Part shown: positions 1-8,251 of the stretch, one piece after another | Numbering within the stretch: the first letter of the stretch is position 1 | Layout: every line of letters starts with the position of its first letter | NCBI GenBank assembly: GCA_030149205.1 | Contig: JASBSB010000003.1 | Span: 210,001 to 242,000, forward strand | Direction of reading: 5' to 3' | Source of the DNA: Candidatus Heimdallarchaeota archaeon | Lineage (GTDB): Archaea; Asgardarchaeota; Heimdallarchaeia; Heimdallarchaeales; Kariarchaeaceae | Length of the DNA: 32,000 nt | Notes under the pieces: generated by a model | Told to the model about the DNA's origin: nothing | Seen by the model: the letters and a program-made list of their open reading frames with translations, nothing else | The model's database searches: none | Translations under genes and position numbers: made by a program

Positions 1-745
1 CTGGTGCGAATTTATCTGCTACAGTAAAGAGTTTCTTTGTTAAATTTAACTCAGAGAGAATGTCTCTTGCAATAGAAAGTTTAATTCGTTTCTTATCTAA
101 ATATTGTTCAGAAAGAATTTTGGATTGTGTTGAATATATGCCAACCTCTCCTTGTAGCTCAAACCCTAGTAATAAAGTTGATATTTGATTCTGGATAGCA
201 AAGCAAGCAGCCCTGTCTCCATCGGTAAATCCTAAGGTATTGATAAAACCAAAATGTGGTATTCCCTGTGTACACCAATATATATTTTTTCTGAATTGAT
301 TTAAAGAAATTAAAGGAATAAAGGATTCGACTAAGGAAAGATTATCAGAGTGAATTAACACGAATATTGTTGTCCCTGAGTTTAGTGCATTGAGTACCAT
401 TTCAAGACCGCCATCTAAATCTGTGAAAAGAAACTCAGGAATTAAACCACTTTCAAAAAGATACGAATAAGACCCATCTGCTGCAATAAACAAAGGAGTT
501 TTAGAAGATGGAACAGTCTTAAGTTGTTCCTTTAGTTCTATAACTTGTTCTTTTAAAATATTTGCTCCACCAAATACTATTACCTTTTTGTTTTTTGGTA
601 AGAATACGGAAAGTCGATCTTGTACCCCCATTTGGAACGTAGTAAGATTCTTATAATCAGCCAAGTATGCTAAATCATCAAAAATATCTAATTTTTGAAA
701 AATCAAAGGAAGCCAAGTCTTTACCCAGTATTCTAAGGTTAGCAC
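1..745 (-). CDS. mptE: 6-hydroxymethyl-7,8-dihydropterin pyrophosphokinase MptE-like (DUF115); 3' end runs off the window
   Basis: Not in the ORF track; translated by hand. GTG at 745, open to the window edge: (M)LTLEYWVKTWLPLIFQK...VIVFGGANIL...FIAADGS...FLFTDLDG...LIHSDNL...YWCTQGIPHFGFINTLGFTDGDRAACFA. AADG, TDLDG, HxDN and GFTDGDRA are the motifs of archaeal MptE. A TATA-like element 25-32 nt upstream supports this start. Confidence 0.78.
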   Translation of the reverse strand, partial: MLTLEYWVKTWLPLIFQKLDIFDDLAYLADYKNLTTFQMGVQDRLSVFLPKNKKVIVFGGANILKEQVIELKEQLKTVPSSKTPLFIAADGSYSYLFESGLIPEFLFTDLDGGLEMVLNALNSGTTIFVLIHSDNLSLVESFIPLISLNQFRKNIYWCTQGIPHFGFINTLGFTDGDRAACFAIQNQISTLLLGFELQGEVGIYSTQSKILSEQYLDKKRIKLSIARDILSELNLTKKLFTVADKFAP

Positions 746-769
746 TGATGTGAACAGATTTTACAGGAA

Positions 770-777
770 TTTATAAT
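770..777 (-). promoter_or_regulatory. Putative TATA box of mptE-like gene
   Basis: Minus-strand ATTATAAA 25-32 nt upstream of the GTG at 745, the spacing expected for a leaderless or short-leader archaeal transcript. Confidence 0.4.
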
Positions 778-847
778 TAGTCATAAAGGAACACCTCTTT
801 CGATATATGAAGATTATTTCAAAAACACATGAATAAGAGCCATATTA

Positions 848-855
848 TTTTATAT
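848..855 (+). promoter_or_regulatory. Putative TATA box of ArsR-like gene
   Basis: TTTTATAT 22-29 nt upstream of the GTG at 877; divergent from the mptE promoter. Confidence 0.4.
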
Positions 856-876
856 TTAGCTGATACATAAAGAAAC

Positions 877-1296
877 GTGCTTTCTCAGAATCAACAACTC
901 CTTCTTCAGGTCCTTCAGGACAAGACAAGGATGAGAATTCTCGAACTTCTTTCTGATAATCCACAACATCCTGAAATTCTAGTTAAGGAGACAAAAATTT
1001 CAAGAACTGCAATTGAGAAACACTTGAAGTTGTTACTTAAATGGGGATTAATTGAGAGGAGGGCTCAAACAGTTCCTCGACTACGGTATATCTATTCAAT
1101 TACATACGAAGCAGAGTTACTGGTTTCTAATATTTCTACAGCTACAGATTCTTATATCGAGAATATGGTAACCATCTGGGAGGAGGAATTATCCAGATTA
1201 GATCAGTCTTTTGTTTATGGACATATTTCAAAAGAAGAATACAAAAAGCTCAAGGAGGATTACGAGAGTAGGTTATCAGAAATCAATGAAGAATAG
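877..1296 (+). CDS. ArsR/SmtB-like winged-helix transcription regulator with C-terminal SHOCT-like helix
   Basis: DKTRMRILELL...ISRTAIEKHLKLLLKWGLIERR...RYIYSIT is an ArsR-type wHTH. The C-terminal YGHISKEEYKKLKE fits the SHOCT pattern GxIxxEEY/FxxxK. No Cys residues. Confidence 0.75.
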   Translation: MLSQNQQLLLQVLQDKTRMRILELLSDNPQHPEILVKETKISRTAIEKHLKLLLKWGLIERRAQTVPRLRYIYSITYEAELLVSNISTATDSYIENMVTIWEEELSRLDQSFVYGHISKEEYKKLKEDYESRLSEINEE

Positions 1297-1360
1297 TATT
1301 TCTTATCAGAAGTACATCTTATCATACCTAGAAATTGATCTAAATAAACTTTCAAAGCTG

Positions 1361-4300
1361 TTAATTATGATTCCTTAAATATCTTATCTTGCGATTAAAC
1401 ACCAGGACAACAAACGTTATTAAAATTATAAATCCTGCAAAGGGTATCGATTGAGTGGAAGTTGATTGAATAGGAGGGAGAGTGGATGGGTTATTGTTTT
1501 GGATACTAATTTGAACACTATAAGAATGTTGAAAGACACCATCTGTAAGTATAAGTTTCAGGGTATACTGACCATTTGAATAAAGAGTTGAATCAAACAA
1601 AATAAAGTTATTTGTTGAACTAAAGCCTACAATAACTGATAATGACCCATTGTTCAATAATACTGTCCCGGATACCCTGGTATCAGCACTCCATGATACA
1701 TTGTAGTTTCCAGATATTACATCCTGATTCTTTGGAGATAACATTTGGGATGAAAAATCTAAATGGTTATTGAACGTTGCATTAAAGGATTGTGTGAATA
1801 AAATTGGGAAATTCATCCCTTGAGTAACCTCTAGTCCAAAGTTGCCATTGGGGAAAAGGCTTGTGTTAAACCCTAAAGCTGTACCTACATTGGTAAATTG
1901 AGGGCCACTAATCGTATTAATTGTAATATTGAAAGGAAGAATAGCATTGTTGTAGGCTCCATTCACATAATCAATATATAGAATGTATTCACCGCTCTGA
2001 GGAATTGAAAAATATCCTGTCTCGTTGAAAGCACCAATCCTAGAACCATGTTGATTAAATAGATCAAAATTGGGGATGGCAGGGTCATTGATTGATATCA
2101 GATACATGTCCAGATCGACTTTTGAAGAGAAATAATCTAGAGAAATTTTTCCATGTGTACCTTTTTGAAAATTAAGAATAAAATTTTTTTCTGGTGATCC
2201 ACTGCCCTTTATGAAATCTAATTTAGAAAGAGAGCTTGTTATTTTTCTCTGAGACCCGGTATAAACCATTAGACTGGTATTTTTAATTTTTAGTTCTGGG
2301 AAGTTTGCAAGGTGATATGAATTGCTACTGAGTTTTAATTCACCAGATACATTATTCGTTAGGTTTTGATTAAAGCTAATATTTGGGGCTTTTAATACCC
2401 CAGGAACTAAATACCTAGCTGTAACAGCAAAAGTATAAGGTCCTGCAACAAATGGGGTTGCCACAAAATGGATCATAAGAGTGTACTCTCGAGATTTTAC
2501 ATTAATAAATAAGGTCTGAGTTTTTACATCAGAAAGAGTAACCACGTAAAATCCACCTCCCTTATAAGCAACATTTGAACTTGAAACAAGAACACCTTCT
2601 TTGTTATAGAGGTATAAGGCGGGTAATAATCCTGTCTGTGTCCAATTAACCTGAAGAGCGAATTGAGTTGCGTTGGAAGGTAATTTGAAGTCATAATACC
2701 TATAATCTCCTGCCTCTGGACGAGCTGTTTGACTAAGCCAATTGAAGGCTGCATAAGTTTGTCCTTGTTCAAATAGAGAGTTTAGGTTAAGGTCAGCTTT
2801 CATTTGTTTTACTGACTTCCCAAATCCGACCTCATGCTGGGCTAATATAGCTATGTGCCCATAATTTGTCGTGCTTCCATTCTGTATCATAAGTCTACCT
2901 AACTCATATGAATTGATTTGGACTGAAGAACTAATGTTGAGCTGTTTATTAGTGACCCCTAATGACAAATCTCCCCATGTCGTATGATTGAATGTTTGAG
3001 CATGAATTTGATAGACCAACCCATTCCAATTGGGGATTAAATTTACATATCCTGGGTCCTTCAACTGGAATGCGGGTACTCCAGAAAAATCATGGTTTGG
3101 GAATCCAGAATAAAATTGTGTTGCGTAGGCTGTTGTAAACGATTGATCTACCAAAGTCTTATTTATTCCTGTATCAACTAAATTAATTTCAGGAGGACTC
3201 AAACCGTACCGAGAAAGCTGAGTGTAAGTTCCATTAGATATTGAGCTTGAAATTACAAGTAACTCTTGGTTGTTGAATACCCCCTTCAATTCGTTAAACA
3301 CATATAGATCATTCGTGCTTAATCTAGTTTTAAATGTGAAACTTGTTGATTTGGTCCTGTTGAAAATTTGGATTTGTTTGTTCAAAAGGTTTGGATCAAC
3401 TAAGGATCCGTTTCCAAAACGAATCTGAACTGTTACCTCTTTTTTGGTAAGGTTTTGGGGATAGGTATAAATGAAGCTATCCGCCACAGGATTAAGCACT
3501 CCTGGATTTGGTGTATTAAATACTGCTTGAAATGCAGGAGAGAGCTTTTGAGCTATGTATTTTGCCCCTTGGGTGTCCCAGATTATTAGTTCATTATTTT
3601 TCATTACAGAGCTTACAGCACGATAAGCATCTACTAATCCGGCCCCTTGCATTATACTAGGATAGCCAAGGTTTTTTGCAGTACTTTTTAGCCTCGTTCT
3701 AACCTCAGCTAATGAGGAGGGATATCCTTTTTCTTTCAAAGCTTGAAAAACCAAGACTGCAATACCAGCAGTCCTAGGCGTGGCTTCACTTGTCCCACCA
3801 AACACACCTGCAGCCCTCGTTCCATTTCCTCTACCAAATGATACAGTTTTCAGTGTATATCCAAAGGAACCCAGGGCTACCAAGTCAGGTTTAATAATTC
3901 CAGATGGTGTCGGACCATTGCTGCTAAATAACGCAACGTCATTTTTTCCAGAGTTGTTGAAACTGTGAAAACTTGTAGAAGCACCTACAGTTATTGCAAG
4001 ACTAGCGGTACCAGGACTGGCAACTGTCCCAAAACCTGGCCCACCATTCCCTGAAGCAACAGTAAAAATAATGCCCTTGTAGTTTGGGTATGAAACACCA
4101 AATGATACTGATGAAAATATATCTGGTGTACTTAAGGCGTCCAACAACAGAGAGAATAAATCTAATCCTTTTAACGTTGAACCAATTGCACCAGACCCCC
4201 AAGAATTTGATGAAACATTTACAACATGTTCTCTGTTCACTACCCATCCTCCTCCTATTTTTGGTTCCAATCCAGCACTCCAGAGCCATCCCAGTACAAA

Positions 4301-5656
4301 ATCATTAAGGGTTAGCCCTTTTGTTGCAATTATACTAACATTTGGAGCTGAACCTGGAAGTGTGTAGTTTAAGTGAGATTCTACTTTAGGAGTTGTAAAA
4401 TTATCATAAATTTGATAATAAGTCTTTCCTCTGGATCCTGCAGCTGAGGCTACTTGGGTTCCATGTCCAATAGCATCATACATTATAGCCATACCCCTTC
4501 CAGACTTGTCAATTCCACGGACTAACCCCCCATTAACTTTTCCATTAAAATCAATAGAGACTGTTAATGAGCCCATCGAAATATCATTGACTCCATCCCC
4601 ATTTAAGTCCCTAGCAATGATTGGATTGCTTGAGTCATGAGGAGTTTCGTCAGTTAGAGACCAATCAACAAGCCTACGGTAGAGACTACCTCCAGAGAAT
4701 ATATCTCCATTTAAAGAGAGACTCAATCCCAAACTGGTGGAAAGATCAACATAAACAGTATCATACACCCCACTCGTTTTTGAGTCAACTAAAACATATA
4801 CAAAAACTTGTGTAAAGCTAGTTGGTTCATACATCATTCCAACTTTATAGACATTGCTTTTGGAAGTAACTGGAATACCAGTTATATCAATATTTTGAAC
4901 AGTAATCCCAATTTGTTGGGAGGAAGAAGATCCCCCTTGCTCCCCACGAGTAAATGATAAAGTTTTATTAAAAGTTGGTAAAAAGGTTTTTCCACTCTGT
5001 TGAATGGGCGAAACAGACAAGGAAGTTGCTGTAACCCCAGACCCAGTTGCATCAAATGTTGATGGAAGCCCACTTGAAGTCCTATATAATGATCCAGAAA
5101 GGTCAGTCACACCAAAATCGACCCCCGAATCAGTAATCCCTAGTATGATTCCTTGTCCTGAGATATTGTAATTAGACCATACATCAATTGTTCTAAGTAA
5201 ATGTGAAGCCAAAGATGCGTTTTTAATTGGACTTGCTGGCAATGATTGATTAAGACTATTAAATGGATTCGAAAAATCTATATTTTTATCATAGATGATC
5301 CCCTTTACTGATGGATTTCTTTGAATTGCAAAAAGTGATTGATTTGTGTATCTCTGAATAAAATGTAGATAGTTATTCCCAAGTTTGAAAGGAGGCAGGA
5401 ATTCACTTTGAAATTTAACACTTGAATCACTTAAGATCATTAGTTTCCCATTTGAGTTCGAAGGAGGAGGTGTGAACTGATTTGTAATCGACCCAAGTTT
5501 GTGAAGATCTGATTTAACTTTATTCAAACTTGAGTTTGTTGGAATATGAGAAGCTGCTCCGTTTTGAGAGTTTATAGTAAATAAACTGGATGTGAGTCCA
5601 GAGCTAAGTAATATTAGTAAGACAAATAGGAATTTTGGAAATCCTTTGTTTCCCAT
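1361..5656 (-). CDS. Secreted, C-terminally membrane-anchored S8 (subtilisin/pyrolysin-like) serine protease, 1431 aa
   Basis: N-terminal signal peptide. Catalytic motifs GITDSGVD (Asp), GHGTQVAS (His), ASGNGG (oxyanion Asn) and GGTSEATP (Ser). Long insert between Asp and His as in pyrolysin/TPP-II-like S8s. Beta-rich C-terminal domains including a PPC-like VDLDMYL segment. C-terminal TM helix plus basic tail. Confidence 0.92.
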   Translation of the reverse strand: MGNKGFPKFLFVLLILLSSGLTSSLFTINSQNGAASHIPTNSSLNKVKSDLHKLGSITNQFTPPPSNSNGKLMILSDSSVKFQSEFLPPFKLGNNYLHFIQRYTNQSLFAIQRNPSVKGIIYDKNIDFSNPFNSLNQSLPASPIKNASLASHLLRTIDVWSNYNISGQGIILGITDSGVDFGVTDLSGSLYRTSSGLPSTFDATGSGVTATSLSVSPIQQSGKTFLPTFNKTLSFTRGEQGGSSSSQQIGITVQNIDITGIPVTSKSNVYKVGMMYEPTSFTQVFVYVLVDSKTSGVYDTVYVDLSTSLGLSLSLNGDIFSGGSLYRRLVDWSLTDETPHDSSNPIIARDLNGDGVNDISMGSLTVSIDFNGKVNGGLVRGIDKSGRGMAIMYDAIGHGTQVASAAGSRGKTYYQIYDNFTTPKVESHLNYTLPGSAPNVSIIATKGLTLNDFVLGWLWSAGLEPKIGGGWVVNREHVVNVSSNSWGSGAIGSTLKGLDLFSLLLDALSTPDIFSSVSFGVSYPNYKGIIFTVASGNGGPGFGTVASPGTASLAITVGASTSFHSFNNSGKNDVALFSSNGPTPSGIIKPDLVALGSFGYTLKTVSFGRGNGTRAAGVFGGTSEATPRTAGIAVLVFQALKEKGYPSSLAEVRTRLKSTAKNLGYPSIMQGAGLVDAYRAVSSVMKNNELIIWDTQGAKYIAQKLSPAFQAVFNTPNPGVLNPVADSFIYTYPQNLTKKEVTVQIRFGNGSLVDPNLLNKQIQIFNRTKSTSFTFKTRLSTNDLYVFNELKGVFNNQELLVISSSISNGTYTQLSRYGLSPPEINLVDTGINKTLVDQSFTTAYATQFYSGFPNHDFSGVPAFQLKDPGYVNLIPNWNGLVYQIHAQTFNHTTWGDLSLGVTNKQLNISSSVQINSYELGRLMIQNGSTTNYGHIAILAQHEVGFGKSVKQMKADLNLNSLFEQGQTYAAFNWLSQTARPEAGDYRYYDFKLPSNATQFALQVNWTQTGLLPALYLYNKEGVLVSSSNVAYKGGGFYVVTLSDVKTQTLFINVKSREYTLMIHFVATPFVAGPYTFAVTARYLVPGVLKAPNISFNQNLTNNVSGELKLSSNSYHLANFPELKIKNTSLMVYTGSQRKITSSLSKLDFIKGSGSPEKNFILNFQKGTHGKISLDYFSSKVDLDMYLISINDPAIPNFDLFNQHGSRIGAFNETGYFSIPQSGEYILYIDYVNGAYNNAILPFNITINTISGPQFTNVGTALGFNTSLFPNGNFGLEVTQGMNFPILFTQSFNATFNNHLDFSSQMLSPKNQDVISGNYNVSWSADTRVSGTVLLNNGSLSVIVGFSSTNNFILFDSTLYSNGQYTLKLILTDGVFQHSYSVQISIQNNNPSTLPPIQSTSTQSIPFAGFIILITFVVLVFNRKIRYLRNHN

Positions 5657-5855
5657 GAATATCTTACTTTAATTTCATACACATTTAATCCTATTCTTAT
5701 TTGTTATTCAGATTTGAGGATTACTCCTGTTCCACAGCATCTAAAACCTAAAGGTTGTAGATATTCTATTCCATTTTAGGTGAAACTATCGTATCAGTTA
5801 AAAATATGGGTATCCTGCGTAATTTGACAAAAAGCTTCACGGAGCATTTGTTATC

Positions 5856-5982
5856 CGGGAGGTAGCTCAGACTGGCAGAGCATCCGGCTGTAGTATAATA
5901 TATACTCAAAATGAACCGAAAGGTAATGATTTCTTGTTAGCCAGATACCGGAATGTCGCGGGTTCAAATCCCGTTCTCCCGA
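5856..5982 (+). tRNA. tRNA-Tyr(GUA) with a 53-nt intron at position 37/38; CCA not encoded
   Basis: Acceptor CGGGAGG/TCTCCCG with discriminator A (C1:G72 and A73 are archaeal/eukaryal Tyr identity elements). D-arm GCTC/GAGC, anticodon stem TCCGG/CCGGA, anticodon GTA at 5890-5892, T-arm GCGGG-TTCAAAT-CCCGT. Confidence 0.95.
5894..5946 (+). other. tRNA-Tyr intron (53 nt), relaxed bulge-helix-bulge
   Basis: Removing 5894-5946 restores a 7-nt anticodon loop CTGTAGA. C32-T33-G34 pair with CAG at 5942-5944, giving 3 of the 4 central BHB pairs (U35:C5941 mismatch). Confidence 0.85.
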
Positions 5983-5995
5983 TTTACATGTTGTT

Positions 5996-6562
5996 TTATT
6001 GTTTTTCCTTATTTTCGAGTAACTCTACAATTATCTTTCCTAATTCTTTAAAGGCAGTCTCAACATTTTCACCAGTCTTAGCAGAAGTCTCAATATATTG
6101 AATACTAACTCCCTCTAGTTCCTTTCTGGATTGAAGTTGAGCAATAAAATTTTGTATTGTATCCAACTTCAAATCTTTAGACTTTTTAAGATCAATTTTA
6201 TTTCCAACAATAATCAGAGGGATTCTGAATGTTTTGTTTGATGTCCAAAGCTCATTTAACCAGCCAGGTAAGTTATAGAATGTCTCAGGTCTAGTTAAGT
6301 CAAATACAACAATTGCACCTTTAGCCTTAAGAAGGAATCTTTGTCTTATCGCTTTAAAGTGAGGTTGTCCAGCGAGATCCCAAATTTGAGCTTTCAAAAT
6401 TTTCCCTTCTCCAACCCTTATATCAGCATTTGCAAAATCAGATCCTAATGTCATCAAATGTGAGTTAGTAAACCCTTTTCCAATGTATCTTTTTCGTAAA
6501 CTAGTTTTACCAACTGCTCCCTCTCCCAAAATCACTACTTTAGCCACAAACGAGCCAGACAT
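5996..6562 (-). CDS. Rab-like small GTPase (Ras superfamily)
   Basis: G1 GEGAVGKT, switch I MTLGSDF, G3 WDLAGQ, G4 NKID, G5 ETSAK. Rab-family-like segments LGSDF, KAQIW, HFKAIR and VVFDLT. No C-terminal Cys prenylation motif. Confidence 0.93.
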   Translation of the reverse strand: MSGSFVAKVVILGEGAVGKTSLRKRYIGKGFTNSHLMTLGSDFANADIRVGEGKILKAQIWDLAGQPHFKAIRQRFLLKAKGAIVVFDLTRPETFYNLPGWLNELWTSNKTFRIPLIIVGNKIDLKKSKDLKLDTIQNFIAQLQSRKELEGVSIQYIETSAKTGENVETAFKELGKIIVELLENKEKQ

Positions 6563-6584
6563 TAACTAATATTCTTAATCATTG

Positions 6585-6593
6585 TATTTTAAG
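6585..6593 (-). promoter_or_regulatory. Putative TATA box of the Rab-like GTPase gene
   Basis: Minus-strand CTTAAAATA 23-31 nt upstream of the ATG at 6562. Confidence 0.35.
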
Positions 6594-6655
6594 ATTATGG
6601 AGTTGATTATGTTGATATTCAAAGCTTATTTTTTAGAAGGAAGAAATATTTGAAT

Positions 6656-7384
6656 TTAGTTTAATATTTCGATTAAACTTGGAGTAATGTCCAATTTCCC
6701 ATTGTTGTTTAATATCTTACCGTCAGCCTCTAGTTTTGTTATTGTTCGAGAAACCAATACGGGTGAGACACTTTTTACCATAGACTTAAGTTGTTCTTGT
6801 TCAACTGGTCGGTTCTCAGCAATTATTGAGAGAATCTCAACCTCAGGTATTTCCAATAACCCACTTGAAAGTAGAAAAGATAATCCTGAGAAATTGTTCA
6901 TAAGATTATTATGATCAGTCTTTAACTGTGAAACTTCTGATTTGAGTTGATCAACTTCTGAGTCTAAATTCTTAAGTAAGTTATTCTTTGTCTCCTGTTT
7001 TTCTTTTAAATCAGCTTCTGACTGAATGATTTTCGACTCCAAAAGGTTAATATCCTTTTGTAATGTCTCTTTTGTTTCTTTTAGGGTGGATATTTCTGTG
7101 TTAATACGATTAATTGTTTCATTCAACTGATTTTGGATACCCTGCTGATCAGAAATGTTTTTTTCAGTGACAGAGGTCTCGGTTTCAAGTTTTTGAACAT
7201 GCATAATTAGGCTAGAGCTTTGGGATTCTAATTGTTGGATAGTGGCTCGCAATTCTTTTTGATTCTCTTCTGCTTTCTTAAAAGAATCTCTAATATTTGT
7301 CAACAAGCCATTCATTTCATTTTGACTGGTCTTTAAACGGTTTATATGTTGATCCAACATCTGAAGTGTATCATCGAATTTCAT
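6656..7384 (-). CDS. Long coiled-coil protein with C-terminal winged-helix domain (paralog B)
   Basis: About 160 aa of heptad-rich Q/E/K/L sequence, then PEVEILSII...EQLKSMV...VLVSRTITKLEADGKI (wHTH pattern). Its ATG overlaps the upstream stop (TAATG at 7382-7386). Confidence 0.8.
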   Translation of the reverse strand: MKFDDTLQMLDQHINRLKTSQNEMNGLLTNIRDSFKKAEENQKELRATIQQLESQSSSLIMHVQKLETETSVTEKNISDQQGIQNQLNETINRINTEISTLKETKETLQKDINLLESKIIQSEADLKEKQETKNNLLKNLDSEVDQLKSEVSQLKTDHNNLMNNFSGLSFLLSSGLLEIPEVEILSIIAENRPVEQEQLKSMVKSVSPVLVSRTITKLEADGKILNNNGKLDITPSLIEILN

Positions 7385-8145
7385 TATAATCGTATCTCCT
7401 TTTTAATTTCAAAGTTGCCTGAAGGCTTTTCATAAGATATAATACCTTTTTCATGTAGTGACATTAGAATTTTGTTTACATTATCTTTTGAGACTCCACT
7501 TGAGAGTGCAAGTTGACCCAAGTTTGACATATTAGATTCACTTAGTGCTTTTAGAACATCATAGGTTGAATCTTTGATGTATGAGTCCTTCAGAAGCTTT
7601 TGGAGAACTTTAAATTGCATCTGTTTTTTGGAAATTTCAGACTTCAATTGATCTCGCTCCTTTACAATGTCCTTTACCCTGTTTTTGTGTTCATTTTCAG
7701 CTTGGATTAAGGCCTCATCAGCTGCTTGAAGGTTTTTTTCAAGATTGTCGTATTTCACTTTCGTCGTTCCATAATGGTCTTTGAGTTTTTCAACCTCGTG
7801 GGACAATTCACCCTTTTCTTTGTTCAAAGATTCAGAATGTTGTTTTAAGGTGTTAATGTTCTCTTGTATTTCCATTTGTTGTTTTAGTTGACTTTCTTTC
7901 TTTGTCTCAAGATTTTTTTTCTTTTGTTCATTACCTGTTATTTGTTCTTCTAATTGGGTCTTTTTTTGACTTAACTCATTTAGTGACTCCCAGAAGGAAT
8001 TTAACTCTGCTGTATCGGTTTCAAGTTTAGTGTGAAAACTGCTTACAAACTCATCATGAAATGATTTATATGATTTAAGTTCTATTTTGAGTTTATCAAA
8101 ATAATTTGATATTTCAGCCTGTTCCATTGAATTAAAATTAAGCAC
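7384..8145 (-). CDS. Long coiled-coil protein with C-terminal winged-helix domain (paralog A); alternative ATG at 8127
   Basis: About 170 aa coiled coil, then TYDVLKAL...LGQLALSSGVSKDNVNKILMSLHEKGIISY (wHTH pattern). No Walker motifs. Confidence 0.8.
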   Translation of the reverse strand: MLNFNSMEQAEISNYFDKLKIELKSYKSFHDEFVSSFHTKLETDTAELNSFWESLNELSQKKTQLEEQITGNEQKKKNLETKKESQLKQQMEIQENINTLKQHSESLNKEKGELSHEVEKLKDHYGTTKVKYDNLEKNLQAADEALIQAENEHKNRVKDIVKERDQLKSEISKKQMQFKVLQKLLKDSYIKDSTYDVLKALSESNMSNLGQLALSSGVSKDNVNKILMSLHEKGIISYEKPSGNFEIKKEIRL

Positions 8146-8251
8146 TAAAGTTAATAAATAAATCGACCATGTGTTGAAATTCTCAATATTATTTTCTCGT
8201 AACTAACGTCAATTCAGCAAAGGTTCAAATTCTTCTAGACAAAAATCAAAT

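Noticed and set aside
280-295. Possible frameshift in the mptE-like gene at the T6 run
   Set aside because: Recounting gives six T (A6 on the coding strand) and the frame stays open (FRKNIYWCTQG). The gene is probably missing from the track because it runs off the window edge.
2524-5073. Short ORFs overlapping the S8 protease gene (2524-2772, 3780-3968, 4002-4289, 4084-4308, 4621-4815, 4882-5073)
   Set aside because: Alternate-frame or antisense shadows inside a well-supported gene; no recognisable motifs.
5856-5995. tRNA used as an integration site for a mobile element
   Set aside because: No integrase, no duplicated tRNA 3' end elsewhere in the window that I could see, and the flanking genes look chromosomal.
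6656-8145. SMC/Rad50 annotation for the coiled-coil pair
   Set aside because: No Walker A/B, signature or hinge motifs; both end in winged-helix domains.
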